Shown here: positions 1 to 12,965 of the stretch, piece after piece
Layout of the letters: each line of letters starts with the position of its first letter
Numbering within the stretch: position 1 is the first letter of the stretch
Origin: Eledone cirrhosa
Taxonomy: Eukaryota
Length of the DNA: 64,000 nucleotides
NCBI GenBank assembly: GCA_964016885.1
Contig: OZ024743.1
Span: forward strand, 104,594,001-104,658,000
Reading direction: 5' to 3'
Notes under the pieces: generated by a model
Seen by the model: only the letters and a program-made list of their open reading frames with translations
Told to the model about the DNA's origin: nothing
Databases searched by the model: none
Made by a program: the position numbers and the translations under genes

Positions 1-5
1 GTTCC

Positions 6-45
<40 letters not shown>

Positions 46-671
46 ACAGTGACTTTCTCCACCTGTCATTCTCCTCTACTGCTATGCCTTCATCCTGCCT
101 TGACCATCTGACCACTTCCTGTTGCCCGCGCACCCCACATCTCCCCACTTCCGACCACTACAACCAACGGATTACACACCACCGCTCATCGTTCCAGCTA
201 TCCACTCCATAACAGGAAAAATATCCGGCATCCCTTCGCACACTCTTCGGAACTACCTTAGGAACTTACCCACGGACATACACTCACAATTTTTTTTTCG
301 AACCACGCCACCTCATCCACACCACGCGTATAAACACCAACACACGTGCGTACCCCCACATGTACACACTCAGCCTCCAGAATCCTCACACACGTCATTT
401 GATTTGTCAGACTTAAGCCCACAAGATTCATTGACTTGTCTCTCTTTTCCTCTCTTTACGTTGCATTACTACCATGTTGTTTGTTTCCTTTCCTCTGTTT
501 TCCTCTGTCCCGATAACTTTATTTAGTTATCGCTCGCACTGATTTTAGGTATCTAGTCTTTAATGTGAAGAAATACCAACGATAATCAGCAGGCTACTGA
601 TGAAGAACATTCTTGTTTCTCGGTCTATTTTTATTCATATGTTCATATTCGAAACAACGTAGCACGCCATT

Positions 672-956
<285 letters not shown>

Positions 957-1055
957 GTTATGGAATAAACAACATAAGATAATTACATAACTAATAAGCT
1001 CTGTAGCCTACATAGAGCACTCTCTTTTCCTGTACCTTTCCTACGGAAATACTTC

Positions 1056-1141
<86 letters not shown>

Positions 1142-1144
1142 GTT

Positions 1145-1175
<31 letters not shown>

Positions 1176-1781
1176 GTCAGGTCACCAGTTGGTGCTACTG
1201 GTAACATGTATCCCAGTACAACCTGTCTCATGGTCGGGTCGTTGGCGACTAAACTGGCAACCCCACCAAGGTTTCTTGGTGAGGAGGGTAACTTTGGACA
1301 TCCTGCAGGAGTAAAAACAAAACCTGTCAAAGGGCAAAGGAGCTCTTAAGAGTCAATGGTCATCAAAAATCACCGGGAGAGATGACCCCTTAGCCTTTGT
1401 CAAGGCAGAATTCTAGGAGAAGGAAAACTCTGATATAATACCTGCCACCCTGATGGTATCCAATGATGTTGACTTGTTCTTCTTTTTGGTAAATATCATC
1501 TTGGTTAAGAGAGTGAGACTGGCTTTGTCCAGTGCCTTTGCTCACCATAAAAGCTTCACGGCACAGGCATTGCTTTATATCTGGAGATCTCTCTGCACTT
1601 GTCGTCACATGGTACCATGGGCCCAGCGCTCTGTGTCAATGATTGTCACAAGTGTAGTGTTTGTACCAGAGTTTTCAAGTCGCTGGTTGGACTAAAAAGT
1701 CACACTCGTTCAGCGCATCGGTAGGGGTTCTCCTACATGGATATAAAGTAGTGGCCGTACTCGAAAACGAGTTGGTAGCCA

Positions 1782-1783
<2 letters not shown>
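1176..1783 (+). mobile_element. ~607 bp non-autonomous RTE-like deletion derivative, copy 1, within (TA)n
   Basis: Near-identical to 28705-29310; 3' part encodes a C2H2-like end (HKCSVCTRVFKS...SH) typical of RTE ORF C-termini, then a short tail hairpin (actcg-aaaa-cgagt); no RT. Confidence 0.65.
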
Positions 1784-1843
<60 letters not shown>

Positions 1844-1848
<5 letters not shown>

Positions 1849-2440
1849 AAATTGAGGTTGGTAATGGCACATGGAATATATAAGAGACAGAATACTTTTT
1901 TGTGAAAAAACATAATTTTATAAGGCAAGGAAATAATAAAGGGTATAAAAAATGACCGGTTTCGATGGGTCTGCAAAAGCCATCTTTTCAAATGTTGATT
2001 AATATTAAGAAAAATTAATAATACGAAGAGTTAAAATTTGAGACTTGAAAATTCAAGTATAAAATTCATTGTGGGATTTCATAGCAGTTTTCATCTTGGT
2101 AGCAACAACAGGTTGACTGCTGTGTCCCTTTCTGGTAGTGATTCACTACCAGAAAGGGACACAGCAGTCAACCTGTTGTTGCTACCAAGATGAAAACTGC
2201 TATGAAATCCCACAATGAATTTTATACTTGAATTTTCAAGTCTCAAATTTTAACTCTTCGTATTATTAATTTTTCTTAATATTAATCAACATTTGAAAAG
2301 ATGGCTTTTGCAGACCCATCGAAACCGGTCATTTTTTATACCCTTTATTATTTCCTTACCTTATAAAATTATGTTTTTTCACAAAAAAGTATTCTGTCTC
2401 TTATATATTCCATGTGCCATTACCAACCTCAATTTTCTCT
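1844..2440. repeat. Near-perfect foldback, ~297 bp arms, 3-nt loop centred at 2142
   Basis: tctggtagtg-att-cactaccaga centre; arms read as reverse complements to the ends with about one mismatch. Confidence 0.97.
2288..2335 (+). ncRNA. Type I hammerhead-like motif, U3-A8 core (mirror copy on - strand ~1949-1996)
   Basis: aacat-UUGAAAA-gatgg..ccatc-GAAA-ccgg-UC-atttt; stem I has one mismatch. Confidence 0.6.
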
Positions 2441-2497
2441 ATAACCTTCGCTTTGTGTAGAAAATTACACTTTTCATATATATATATATATATATAT

Positions 2498-2554
2498 AAA
2501 AAAAAATAAGCAAAATCTGGTTACTAAGACATAAGTCTCTCGCTATAGCTAGGC

Positions 2555-2585
<31 letters not shown>

Positions 2586-2709
2586 ACAAATAAGTGAATA
2601 AAAGAATAGATAAATAAATTTAAAAAAAAAAATATATATATATATATTTAGCCTAGCTATAGCGAGAGACTTATGTCTTAGTAACCAGATTTTGCTTATT
2701 TTTTTTTTC
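2498..2709. repeat. Inverted repeat (~60 bp arms) around an (AAAT)n/TA spacer
   Basis: ataagcaaaatctggttactaagac...ggctaaata vs tatttagcc...ccagattttgcttat. Confidence 0.9.
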
Positions 2710-2973
2710 TCTCTCAGTACCTTTTATAGTTTTACCTTTCATTGTTCTACTTACCGTTTCGACCTCCCCCCCTCCCCAGTATCCTCTTTGACCTCACACC
2801 CAGCTGTAGCTGGCACTACCAACGCATGAATGGGTCTACTCCACCCCCTCTCCCTTTTTCTCATACCGGCAGGTTTAGCTACCCCTTCCCCCACCAACTT
2901 GCCATCACAGATTTACTACTAACTCGTGATGTGACCAATCCTGGTGATTATCTCTTTGAGCATATATGGAATT

Positions 2974-3067
2974 ACCCCTTGATAAGTTCGGCTATTTAAA
3001 TACCAGAATAAATTTTCATTCAGTACAGAATTAGCCGTCGAAACGGCTTGAGCTCAGCCGTCGGGGT
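2974..3067 (+). ncRNA. Type I hammerhead ribozyme motif, U3-A8 core, extended stem II
   Basis: acccc-UUGAUAA-g..cggcta...tagccg..c-GAAA-cggct/agccg-UC-ggggt; stems I, II and III all pair. Confidence 0.75.
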
Positions 3068-3079
3068 CTTACTTGTTCC

Positions 3080-3162
<83 letters not shown>

Positions 3163-3164
3163 AT

Positions 3165-4757
3165 TTAACCGAAAATCTCCTTTGCAGAAACAGTTCAGAA
3201 AAAGGAGGAACTAACATATCTCGACATATCAAATACCGAACAACTTCTAAAGGACGCTAGGAGATATGTTACTTTCGAAAAGAATGGTGCTTTCAGCATC
3301 AATTCCCCTGTAGAAATTTGCAAGGAAACTGCTCTCAAAACGATAGTTTTTAGGACAGTTTCCAATTCTACCCGAAAACTGGTCCAATTGTCACAGAAAG
3401 AAATTGAAGTGGTTTTCAAAAATTCAATGAATGATATTTCATTCATTCAAAGAGGCAAACTCTTTGGGAGTATTTCGGTACTCATGAAGGATCAATTGAC
3501 GGCCCAAAATTACTCTGTGTCGCCACTTGTATCCAACCTGTATACCTTTTTCCCTACATACATGGGAAAAAGGACACAAAAGATTAGAATCACGAGTGTC
3601 ACACCAAAGGTAAACATGGTGGATACTGTGCGGCTTCATCAATTTTGATGAAGACAGAATACTTTCAGTAGGAAAGTCCCCCAGAGATGTATTTAATGGG
3701 ACTAGCGTTTAAGTTCTGGTGCAAATGAGCCCAGAGCGAATAGCTATGATCCCACAACGTGTACTCCTGGACGGACTCACCTACATAAACTTTTCGGTTG
3801 AGGGGAGGCGGCCTTCATGTTACCACTGCTTTAGCAGGGGTCACCTGAGGGCTTCCTGTCCTAAATTAATGAGTAAAGAAAAGACTCTTCTGCCGACACC
3901 CATCAAAATAACACAACCACCAACACCACCACAACGACAACAACACCAACACACAAACATAACCACAACAAACACAGTTCCACCCAACCCCACTCCACCT
4001 AAAGCCACTGAAAAATCACATACAGACACAACAGCTCCCCAAGACATACCCCTCCCCAATCACACAGACGATACAACAGATGAGGCTATCTCGTCATCAC
4101 CAAGTGAAGACGTGGGAGAACCCCATCGTTCGAAAAGAAAGAAAAGACACCACAAAAACCAAAAAAAAACAGCAAACACTACCACAAACATACAACCACC
4201 AACACAAACAGCAAAAACAAAAAAAAACAGCAAACACTACCACAAACATACAACCACCAACACAAACAACAAAAACATCACAAACAAAACCCCCACCTCC
4301 TGAAAACAAAATACCTACAACAAAACGAAAGCACACACAAGAACTACAGACAAAAACAAACACAACACAAGAAAATTACACTTACACTTACATAAACACT
4401 GAAAACAAAACACTAATGGAGACCATCACGAACAACCCTTCGGTTTTCACCGAAGGGAAAACTTTCGCCCACTCTATTAAAAATAAAAAACTGAACCTAA
4501 AACTGATTAGGGTCCCTATACAAACTTATATGTCCCTAAAAGAAACATTTGAAAAGGATGTAGGGAATTCCTGCGTGAAACCACTTAACCGCGTCCTTAT
4601 CAAATGTCTCCCCACCCCAGGCACCCCCATCCCACCATACACCACTCCATACAAAGATCTCCGTCCCTACCCCGCCGGAAACCACCATCCACCCAGACAA
4701 CCCCTCCAACACCCCCATGGAAATCGTGTAGCCTGGTCCCCAGGAGACGAAGGGTGA
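3165..4757 (+). pseudogene. Tx1 ORF1 (gag-like, CCHC knuckle), disrupted
   Basis: Fragments 3388-3648, 3719-4303 and 4080-4757 align with ORF1 of copy 4. Confidence 0.85.
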
Positions 4758-4796
4758 GTGATTTATTTTCCTCTTCTTTTAAATTTCAGCACCAAC

Positions 4797-7700
4797 ATGG
4801 CCAATATAAGTGTTGGATGTGTGAACGTACGCGGCCTGGGGATGCCCTGCAAACAGGGCAAACACTTAAACGACTTCAGATCGCACAGTATGGATGTAAT
4901 AGCCATTTGCGAGTCCAGGATCCACAGCGAGCGACATCTGGCCCCCCATCTTCGACGACTTTGAGATCTACGCATCTCTCTGTCAGCCGGGAGGTGGGGG
5001 CGGAGTTGCCGTTTTTCTGCGGAAATACCTGGACCTCGTAACATAGACGGTACATCTGGACCCGGAGGGTCGACTGGTGGTCCTAGACGTTGACGGTAGT
5101 GAAGGTGGAGCCTTCAGGCTGGTGGCTGCATATGCCACATCCGGGACACCGCGGCCAGACTTCTTCAAACGTCTAGAGACTTTTCTGGGAACGTCCTGCT
5201 CCTTGTTTTTAGTGGGGGACTGGAATGGAATCCTAGATGCACGTTGGGACTATGTAGGAGCATGTCTCGATAAAGCGGGGTGTAACAGTCTCAAACAGTT
5301 AATCGGCCGATTTGACCTGGCCGATAGATATCGACTAGATTTTCCGACTGTGCCACTGTGGACGTGGACTAATCGTAGCGGAACATCTAGATCGTATCTA
5401 GATAGGGTTCTAGTTAGAAATAGGGATAGGGACATGTTAAGTTGTCCACAAATGTTCATGGTTGCCTATTCAGATCACAAACTAGTGACCTGCGTGGTCA
5501 ACTTTGATAGAACCCATAGACAAGGACCCGGCTACTGGAAACTGAATTTGTCGTTACTGACATGCAAAGCCTACAGTAGACAGATTAGCACTTTAGTTAA
5601 ACAGCACTTGACAGGGGCCATTGTCAACAACCGATGGTGGTACTCTCTCAAGAGGGCAGTTAGATTAGACTCGTTAGTTTTTAGTAAAGAATTAGCGTTA
5701 GATAGAAATAGGACCGAGAAGGAACTGATAGATAAAGTAGAAGAGGCAATTAGAAGTGGCAACGTAGCCAGCGTGCTAGCAACGAGAACGGCTTTGGACC
5801 AGTTCTTTGACGCAAAGCACGAGCGCTGCGTTGTCAGAAGTAAAATACGTGCTCTGGGTAACGAGGGAGCCAAAGCTGTTAGCTGGGCCCGGGTGACGGA
5901 GGCCAAAAGTGGCAACAAGTCTACGATTCGGTCTTTGAAGGACCAAGACGGACGCGTGATACGTGAGTCGAAGCAGATGTGCGCGGCCTTTCAGCGGCAC
6001 TTTGCTCAGCTGTTCGGGCAGGGCGGCGCGCCGGGAGGGGCTATGGATTTCGGTCCATACCTCGACGGCGTACCGCGACTCTCGGACAGCGAGGCGAAGT
6101 TCTGCGAAAAGCCGATTTCAGCCGCTGAGATAGGGGACGCGCTAAGCCAATGCGGCAAACGCAAATCTCCAGGTCTCGACGGTCTACCCTACGAATTTTA
6201 CGTAGCAATGCCGGACTTGTTCTCCGGTCTCCTGGAAGCGGTCTACTGCAACTGGCAGCAGAACGGGAGAATTCCCAGTTCTGTGACCAGGGGCGTAGTC
6301 ACACTAGTAAGGAAGGACGATAATAAAGGGGATGACATAGGCAACTTCCAGCCCATATCTCTGCTAAACACAGAGTTACAGATTTTGGCCAAGGTATTGG
6401 CAAAGAGGCTGGTGCTTGTCGTCGAAAACCTGGTGGGAGAAGCGCAGACATGCGCAATCCCGACCAGGTCCATACACGACAACCTCCACCTCATGCGATA
6501 CATCATAGAGAGATAGGGTGTAAACCCGGCTTCGGTGGGGCCCTGATCAACTTGGATCAGTCTAAGGCTTTCGATAGGGTTGACCATCGTTACCTGGATG
6601 CGGTGCTCGAGGCGGCAGGCTTCGGACCCGTGTTCAGGGGCTGGATTGCTGCAATGCACAACAGCAACATCTGCTCAAGGGTCAAGGTGAACGGCTACCT
6701 CTCGGAGCCTTTCTATATCACGCGATCCATCCGACAGAGATGCCCTCTCTCCTCCCTTCTGTACGTACTGACTCTCGAGCCACTACTGTGGAAGTTGGAG
6801 CTATTGCATCCCACTAGAATGGGGACTGCAGAAAGCGGCGTCGGCCTACACCGACGACGTGACAGTAATGGTGTCGAGCACCTCGCAAATCGAGGAAGTG
6901 GGCACCTTACTGAAGGAATACGAAAGGTTCACATGAGCGAAACTGAACCGGGACAAGTCCGTCGGTTTGCAACTCGGATCGTGGAGAGGCAAATCGATCC
7001 TTCCGATGGCGTCGTCGGACGCTGGACGAAGGACCGGTAAAGCTGCTCGGGGTCTGGTTTGGTCCGGACCTCCAGGTGGAGAAAAACTGGAACGAGGTGA
7101 CGGCCAAGGTGTTTGCACTCACCCAGAAGTGGGCCGAGTGCAAACTATCCTTGAAAGGTCTAGCGGAGGTGGCGAACATTTTATAGCGTCCATCATCTAC
7201 TACCGCCTGACCGTCGTGCCTTGTCCAGCCAAAACGCTCACCAAAATGGAACGCGCGCTCTTCCAATTCCTTTGGAAGAAGCGGGCTCCTTTGGTGAGAA
7301 GATCCATCTGCTGCTATCACCCTTCCAACGGAGGGCTGGGGATGTCGTGGCTGACGATGCGCAAACACGCACTCAGGCTGCGGCATCTCTACATATTCCT
7401 CACCGGACAACCGGTGTGGGCCCCGTTCGTGAGGCGAGCCTTCCCACGTCTCGTTCGCTGACCGAGCTGCAGTCCTGGGTCAAGCAAAGACCGAGGAAAA
7501 TGGGCGACTGGCAGATCGAATGTGCTCAGGCGCTCACAGCCCTCTGGCAGGCGGACTCGGCGATCAGTGTAGACTCCACTTCGTCATTCTATAGAGGGTT
7601 GATCCGCAGCAAGTGCGACAACGCGCTCGGAGAAACTTTAGGCATAGAGGAAGACGAACTGGCCAGTCTGTTCGGTAGAACCTTCCGCCGGGACCGATGG

Positions 7701-8226
7701 ACAACTTCCAAAAGTCCCTGGCCTGGCAGTGCTACCGAGGAGCTCTACCAGTTCGAGATAAGCTCTACAGAAATGGGCGCCCGGGAAGGGACCCTGCAAA
7801 AAAGATCTGTCCGAGATGCGTGCGAGACGAAGAAACCGTCGCGCACGCATTCATACACTGCCCGGGCGTTACCGACCTGTGGGGCTATGTAGAACGACTA
7901 TTGTCGCGGGTGGGACCAATCCGGTTGACCACCGAGTCCATTGTCATGATCAAACCGCCACCCTCCTTCAAAAACGAAAGAGAGGCGGTTTTCCTTTGTG
8001 TGATAGCTATGGCGAAAGAGGTTGTATGTTGGACGAGGTTAAAAGGGCTGAGGTCAGACACCTTTCTCTCCGGCCAACAACTGATTCTTTTTTTCAAATA
8101 CCACTTTGGAAGAAGAGTCAGGATGGAGAGAGAGGTGCTATACCACAGCAAGTTTTATGAAAGGTGGGTGAAAGTGGCGAGAATGGCCCAGAGTCAATGG
8201 GCCTTCTCTCTATATCAGCCTGTAGG
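4797..8226 (+). pseudogene. Tx1 ORF2 (APE endonuclease - reverse transcriptase - zinc finger), frameshifted
   Basis: Starts MANISVGCVNVRGL; pieces 5077-6516, 6450-7040, 6967-7461, 7221-7892, 7697-8230. Confidence 0.93.
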
Positions 8227-8487
8227 TTGAGGAAAAAGAGAAAGAGAGGAAAGGGGTACAAACTCTTCGTACTCCTGGAGATGAGGGTTGCACATTTTTT
8301 CGGGGGTATGTGATACCCATATGAAATGTCTCCCCCTATTGGGGAAAATCGATTAATTTTTAAATTACATTTGTGATAGCATTTTACACGTTTTTATTGT
8401 ATGTAAACTTCCCCCTTTGTATTTGTTGCCTTCTTTTGTGCCCCTGTGGCTAATAAAGAAACACACACACATATATATATATATATG

Positions 8488-8670
8488 TAAAAGGTAAACA
8501 GAAATAACAACACAATTGGTACAGTATATGGAAGGGATATATTGGGTTTACGCTTGATATAGCAGGAAGACGGTTTTAACGTTTCAGACGCTAGTCCTTC
8601 ATCAGAAGAAAGAATGAGAAATAAGATAGATTGAAGGGACGAGCGGGTTGGAATTAGAAAGAATGTCTTT
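8488..8670 (-). mobile_element. Penelope pLTR-like fragment with minimal HHR (8574-8609)
   Basis: Reverse complement of 42361-42535; rc reads tt-CUGAUGA-a-ggac..gtct-GAAA-cgUU-aa. Confidence 0.7.
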
Positions 8671-8674
8671 ATAT

Positions 8675-8707
<33 letters not shown>

Positions 8708-8859
8708 GTAATAATAATAAATGCGAAGACTAAAATCCAAAGAGGGCTTGATAAGGATAAATATATATCAGATATATAAGAACCCTAGAGCAAATATTTA
8801 TTAAAATAACAGATTAAAGTTTAAGGAAAGAATTGGTGCTTTCACCCTTTAATCTGTTA

Positions 8860-8894
<35 letters not shown>

Positions 8895-8899
<5 letters not shown>

Positions 8900-9168
8900 A
8901 ATTAGGCTGCTCAGCCGTTAATTTTCATAAGGAAAGTATATACTTTCGAACGTTCAACCATGTGGCAGAAGGGTATACGGTGCTGATGATAGCTAAGAAG
9001 CTTGAAACTAGTACATCGTTCCTGTGTCAGTGTTGAACAAAAAGGTGACGTGGTTGCCTTAACACCGTACGGCATAAATCAGGCTGTCAGTTTGTTTACA
9101 AACGGACAAAGTGGGCGTTATCATAAACGTCCGCTAAACTGATACGTACATATATATATGTGTACCTG

Positions 9169-9258
<90 letters not shown>

Positions 9259-9365
9259 CATGCTACTGTACGTCTGTATACATATATGTATGTACGTATA
9301 CATACATACTTACATTTAAGTAAGTGCCGTACTAAGAGTGAGAAATGAAATTTCGTTTCATTCTT
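8895..9365 (+). mobile_element. (TA)n-embedded repeat family copy with HHR at 8977-9019
   Basis: Homologous to 39980-40365; acggtg-CUGAUGA-tagct..agctt-GAAA-ctag-UA-catcgt. Confidence 0.8.
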
Positions 9366-9369
9366 TTAC

Positions 9370-9642
<273 letters not shown>

Positions 9643-9706
9643 TTCAGAGACCAACGCCAATAATCATCATCATCATTTAAACAATCATTTAACTATAGTT
9701 TGTAGT

Positions 9707-9960
9707 GGAGGCGCGTGGCCTTGTGGTAAGAGAGTTGGACTTACGATCAAGATGTGGGTTGTGTGATATATTGTTGAGCCAAACGCTTCATTTCACGTTA
9801 CTCCAGTATACCCAGCTGGAAATGAGCACCAGTAACAGCTAGGGATTTAACCCAGCGATAGACTGGCGTCCTGTCCAGTGGGAAGTCTTGTACTCTTAGT
9901 CGCTTAACGTCGCGGCAATTGGGACTAGCATCGGATTCATTAGTCACCGTGCTCGGGAGA
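9707..9960 (+). mobile_element. tRNA-derived SINE (family with ttcacgttactccag..cagctg core)
   Basis: tRNA-like head ggcgcgtggccttgtggt; core shared with ~48700-48930 and 61637-61935. Confidence 0.65.
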
Positions 9961-10751
9961 GACTGTATGTAGACATATAATATTTGACACATCCAATCAA
10001 TTAATTAATAGAAGATGAGAGAGAGGCGGAAGAGGGATGAGGAAAGAGATGGGCTGGACAGGCAGGGAGAGAATGGTAGAGAGAGAGAGAGAGAAAAGAA
10101 AATACCCTAATAGTCAACTGGTATTGTATTTATCAATCACAAATTAAAAGAAAAATTTTACTTCGCTGGGATTTTAAAACAGAATGCCGAGAATTGGAAC
10201 GAATAACGCATGGCATTCTATCATTCTAACATTCTATCATTCTACCATTCTATCATTCTAACATATTTGACGCACTAACCATTCGACTAATTCGCAGCCT
10301 TACAAACAGACACACACAAACATATATATATATATATATTCACATAGATATGCACACGCACGCACTCACATGTGTACATGAGTCTGTATGTATGCATGTC
10401 TATCAGTGTGTGTGTGTGTACGTGTACGTGTACGCGCTCCTGCTCGCAAATTTGTTTTACAAAGCACAACATGTTCATTAATGTGTAGGTGGCTGAGCAT
10501 TTCACAGATACGTGTACCCTTAACGTAATTGTTCGGATCATTGAGCGTCACACTTTGTGACTAGGCTATCAATTTGAATTACAGGTACAGGAGTTCATCC
10601 AAAAGGCTTCAAAATAGTTCCCGTCTACCCAATTTCACTCACAAGTCATCGGCTGGGGCTAGACTATGATAAATGATACTTGCTCAAGATGCCATGTCGT
10701 GGGATCGAATCTGGGACTTAATGATTACGATGCGAACCCTTCAACAATTTA

Positions 10752-11155
10752 CCGTATTTCCCGACGTCGAAGACCCTACTTTTTCCCTAAAATAAGTCTC
10801 AAAAATCTACCATGCGTCCTGGAGGCCGAAGGTTGTTTATTATTTTTTTTCAAAAAGGGGCAGTGGATTGGCAGTATCGGTAAAGAGCTGGATACCATGT
10901 TTTGCAGCATAGAGTTACGGCCCTTTATGGTCAGAGTTCAAATCCCGCCGAGGTTAACTTTGCCTTTCATCCTTTCGGGATCGATAAAATAAAGTACCAG
11001 TCACGCACTGGGGTCGATTTAATCGACTTTCCCCTCCCCCCAAAATTGCTGGCCTTGTGCCTATATAAGAAACAATTATTTATTTTCAAATATTTGGTTG
11101 TCAAAATTAGGGTGTGTCCTCGAGGACGAAGGGTCTTCGGCGCCGGGAAATACGG
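10752..11155. mobile_element. Tc1/mariner-superfamily (Tc2/pogo-like) MITE with TA target duplication
   Basis: TIRs ccgtatttcccgacgtcgaagaccc / gggtcttcggcgccgggaaatacgg flanked by TA on both sides; SINE nested inside. Confidence 0.85.
10858..11080 (+). mobile_element. tRNA-derived SINE with ttgcctttcatcc..gtcgataaaataaagtaccag core, nested in MITE
   Basis: A box tggcagtatcgg, B box gttcaaatcc; many copies in this window. Confidence 0.85.
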
Positions 11156-11199
11156 TATGTTTAACAAGAATAAACATTGTTTATTAACAACTTAAAACA

Positions 11200-11845
11200 C
11201 AAAATGCCGACTTAGCACAGGCTGGCTCCCCTGACATGCCGCTTTAAACGATATCATCAAGGGGAGCTTTGATGCAGCCGGCTTCACATCACAACTGGAG
11301 CCAACCCGACCGTGGCAATGGTAAGCGTCCAAACAGAATAACCCTCTTTCCATTCGAGGGAGGTAAATCCCTAATCTGGGACGCGACGTGTTGTGACTCG
11401 TTCTCTGCCTACCTTGTCGCTTCGGCCACAAACCTGAGCACCCCGTCCCGCATTGCAGAGGACAGGAAGATATACAAAAACCAGAGCTTGACCGACAGCT
11501 TCCCTTGTGCACCGGCCACAGTTGCGTCTTAGGCCCTCGCACTGCCGATTTCCTCCGCTAAAAAGTCAGCAGCCCACCTGAGGAAGGAGCACCGTGAGGC
11601 TGTTACAGCAGGCGTTGCTGGCCATTCTCCGTGGCAATACCCTCGATATTGTCTGTGGTGCACGGCCGAATCTCTGCTCTGACTGAGGCGTAGAGTTTAT
11701 CCCTCACTCCCCTATCCTTTTCTTTCGTTGCTTAATTTGTCCTTTTTCTTTTTCTCCTTTCGTTGTCTTTGTTTTTCTCCTTTCCTTGTCTTTGTTTTTC
11801 TCCTTTCCTTGTCTTTGTTTTTCTCCTTTCCTTGTCTTTGTTTCA
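11200..11845 (+). mobile_element. 3' fragment of CRE-like (restriction-like endonuclease) non-LTR element with ~24-bp pyrimidine tandem tail
   Basis: H..LNDII and KRPNRITLFPFEGGKSLIWDATCCDS..AEDRK resemble the RPD..L.WD.T..D RLE motif; tttctcctttccttgtctttgttt repeats. Confidence 0.65.
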
Positions 11846-11929
11846 TTTAAATATTACTTTTTGGAAGAGGCTATTTTGCTGGTCCCAGTAAAATCCACCC
11901 CCAGGTTATTTTGCCTGTAAGAAGCCAGG

Positions 11930-12311
11930 CACCATGCATTGCAGCATAGAGTTACAGCCCTTTATGGTCTAGGTTCAAATCCTGCCGAGGTTAACTTTGC
12001 CTTTCATCCTTACGGGGTCGATAAAATAAAGTACCAGTAATACGCTGGGATCGATTTAATTGACTTTCCTCTCTCCCAAAATTGTTAGCCTTATGCCTAA
12101 ATCAGAAACAATGATTACGGGCGGTGGATTGGCAGTATCGGTAGAGGGTCGGACGTCATGCTTTGATGCATTGAGTTACAGCCCTTCCCATTCTGAGTTC
12201 AAACCCCGCCGAGGTTAACTTTGCCTTTCATCCTTACGGAGTCGATAAAATAAAGTACCAGTAATGTACTGGGTAATTGCTGGTCTTGTGCCAAAAGTAG
12301 AAACAATTATT
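11930..12311 (+). mobile_element. Two tandem SINE copies (same family as 10858)
   Basis: Repeated gccgaggttaactttgcctttcatcc core. Confidence 0.85.
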
Positions 12312-12965
12312 ATGAAGGCAGGTAATGTTAAAAATAACAACACACGAATTTACACAAAGTTATTTATTTTCACCACCAATTATTAAGACAATTTAAACCT
12401 TGACCTTAACCCAAATCCAACACTAGCACTATTTATATTTACCGCTAAAACAAGCTTAAAAAGCATATTTGTCTATTTTACTGGGATCGAGAAAGTAGCT
12501 TATTCGTTACTTTTAAGTTGTAAATATTAATAAATAAAATTGAAATGACCACACAAAAACACAATATCAAGAAAGACAACTCATAATAAAATATTTAAAA
12601 GTTATTTCCCTTGAAAAACATTTCGAAATAAACGGTTAAGTGTGTATAAACAAATACTGCATCAATTTTGCATAAACGATATTTTAGTGACTTTCGTGGT
12701 CCACCTTGACTCCTCTAGGTCAAATCCATTGACTAACATCAGTGTTAGAAGTGTGTCTTCTGCTGTAGTCTCGGGTTATCAACAATACCTTGCGAGTGGA
12801 ATTTAGTTGACAGAAACTGTAGAAACCGGGCGCAATATATATGTGTGTGTGCGTGCGTGTATATTTACGTTTGTGCCTGTGTTTCTGTCTCGTGACTTAG
12901 TGGTTCGAGAAAAATAGATCGATAAAGTAATAATCAGACTTGAAAAAATAAATACTGAGGTCAAT

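Larger units (their letters stand above)
3165..8460 (+). mobile_element. Tx1/L1-clade non-LTR retrotransposon copy 1 (nearly full length, frameshifted)
   Basis: ORF1 with zinc knuckle CYHCFSRGHLRASC; ORF2 APE (NVRGL, GDWN, YSDH), RT (KSPGLDG, DQSKAFDRV), C-terminal CPRC..ETVAHAFIHC; ends AATAAAGAA; preceded by (TATC)n. Confidence 0.95.

Noticed and set aside
592-665. CUGAUGA...GAAA hammerhead-like core
   Set aside because: Stem II is plausible, but I cannot place a UH site with a pairing stem I; at best degenerate
8745-8795. ttgataa-ggat motif as another U3-A8 hammerhead (relative at 38911-38960)
   Set aside because: No GAAA or stem III downstream
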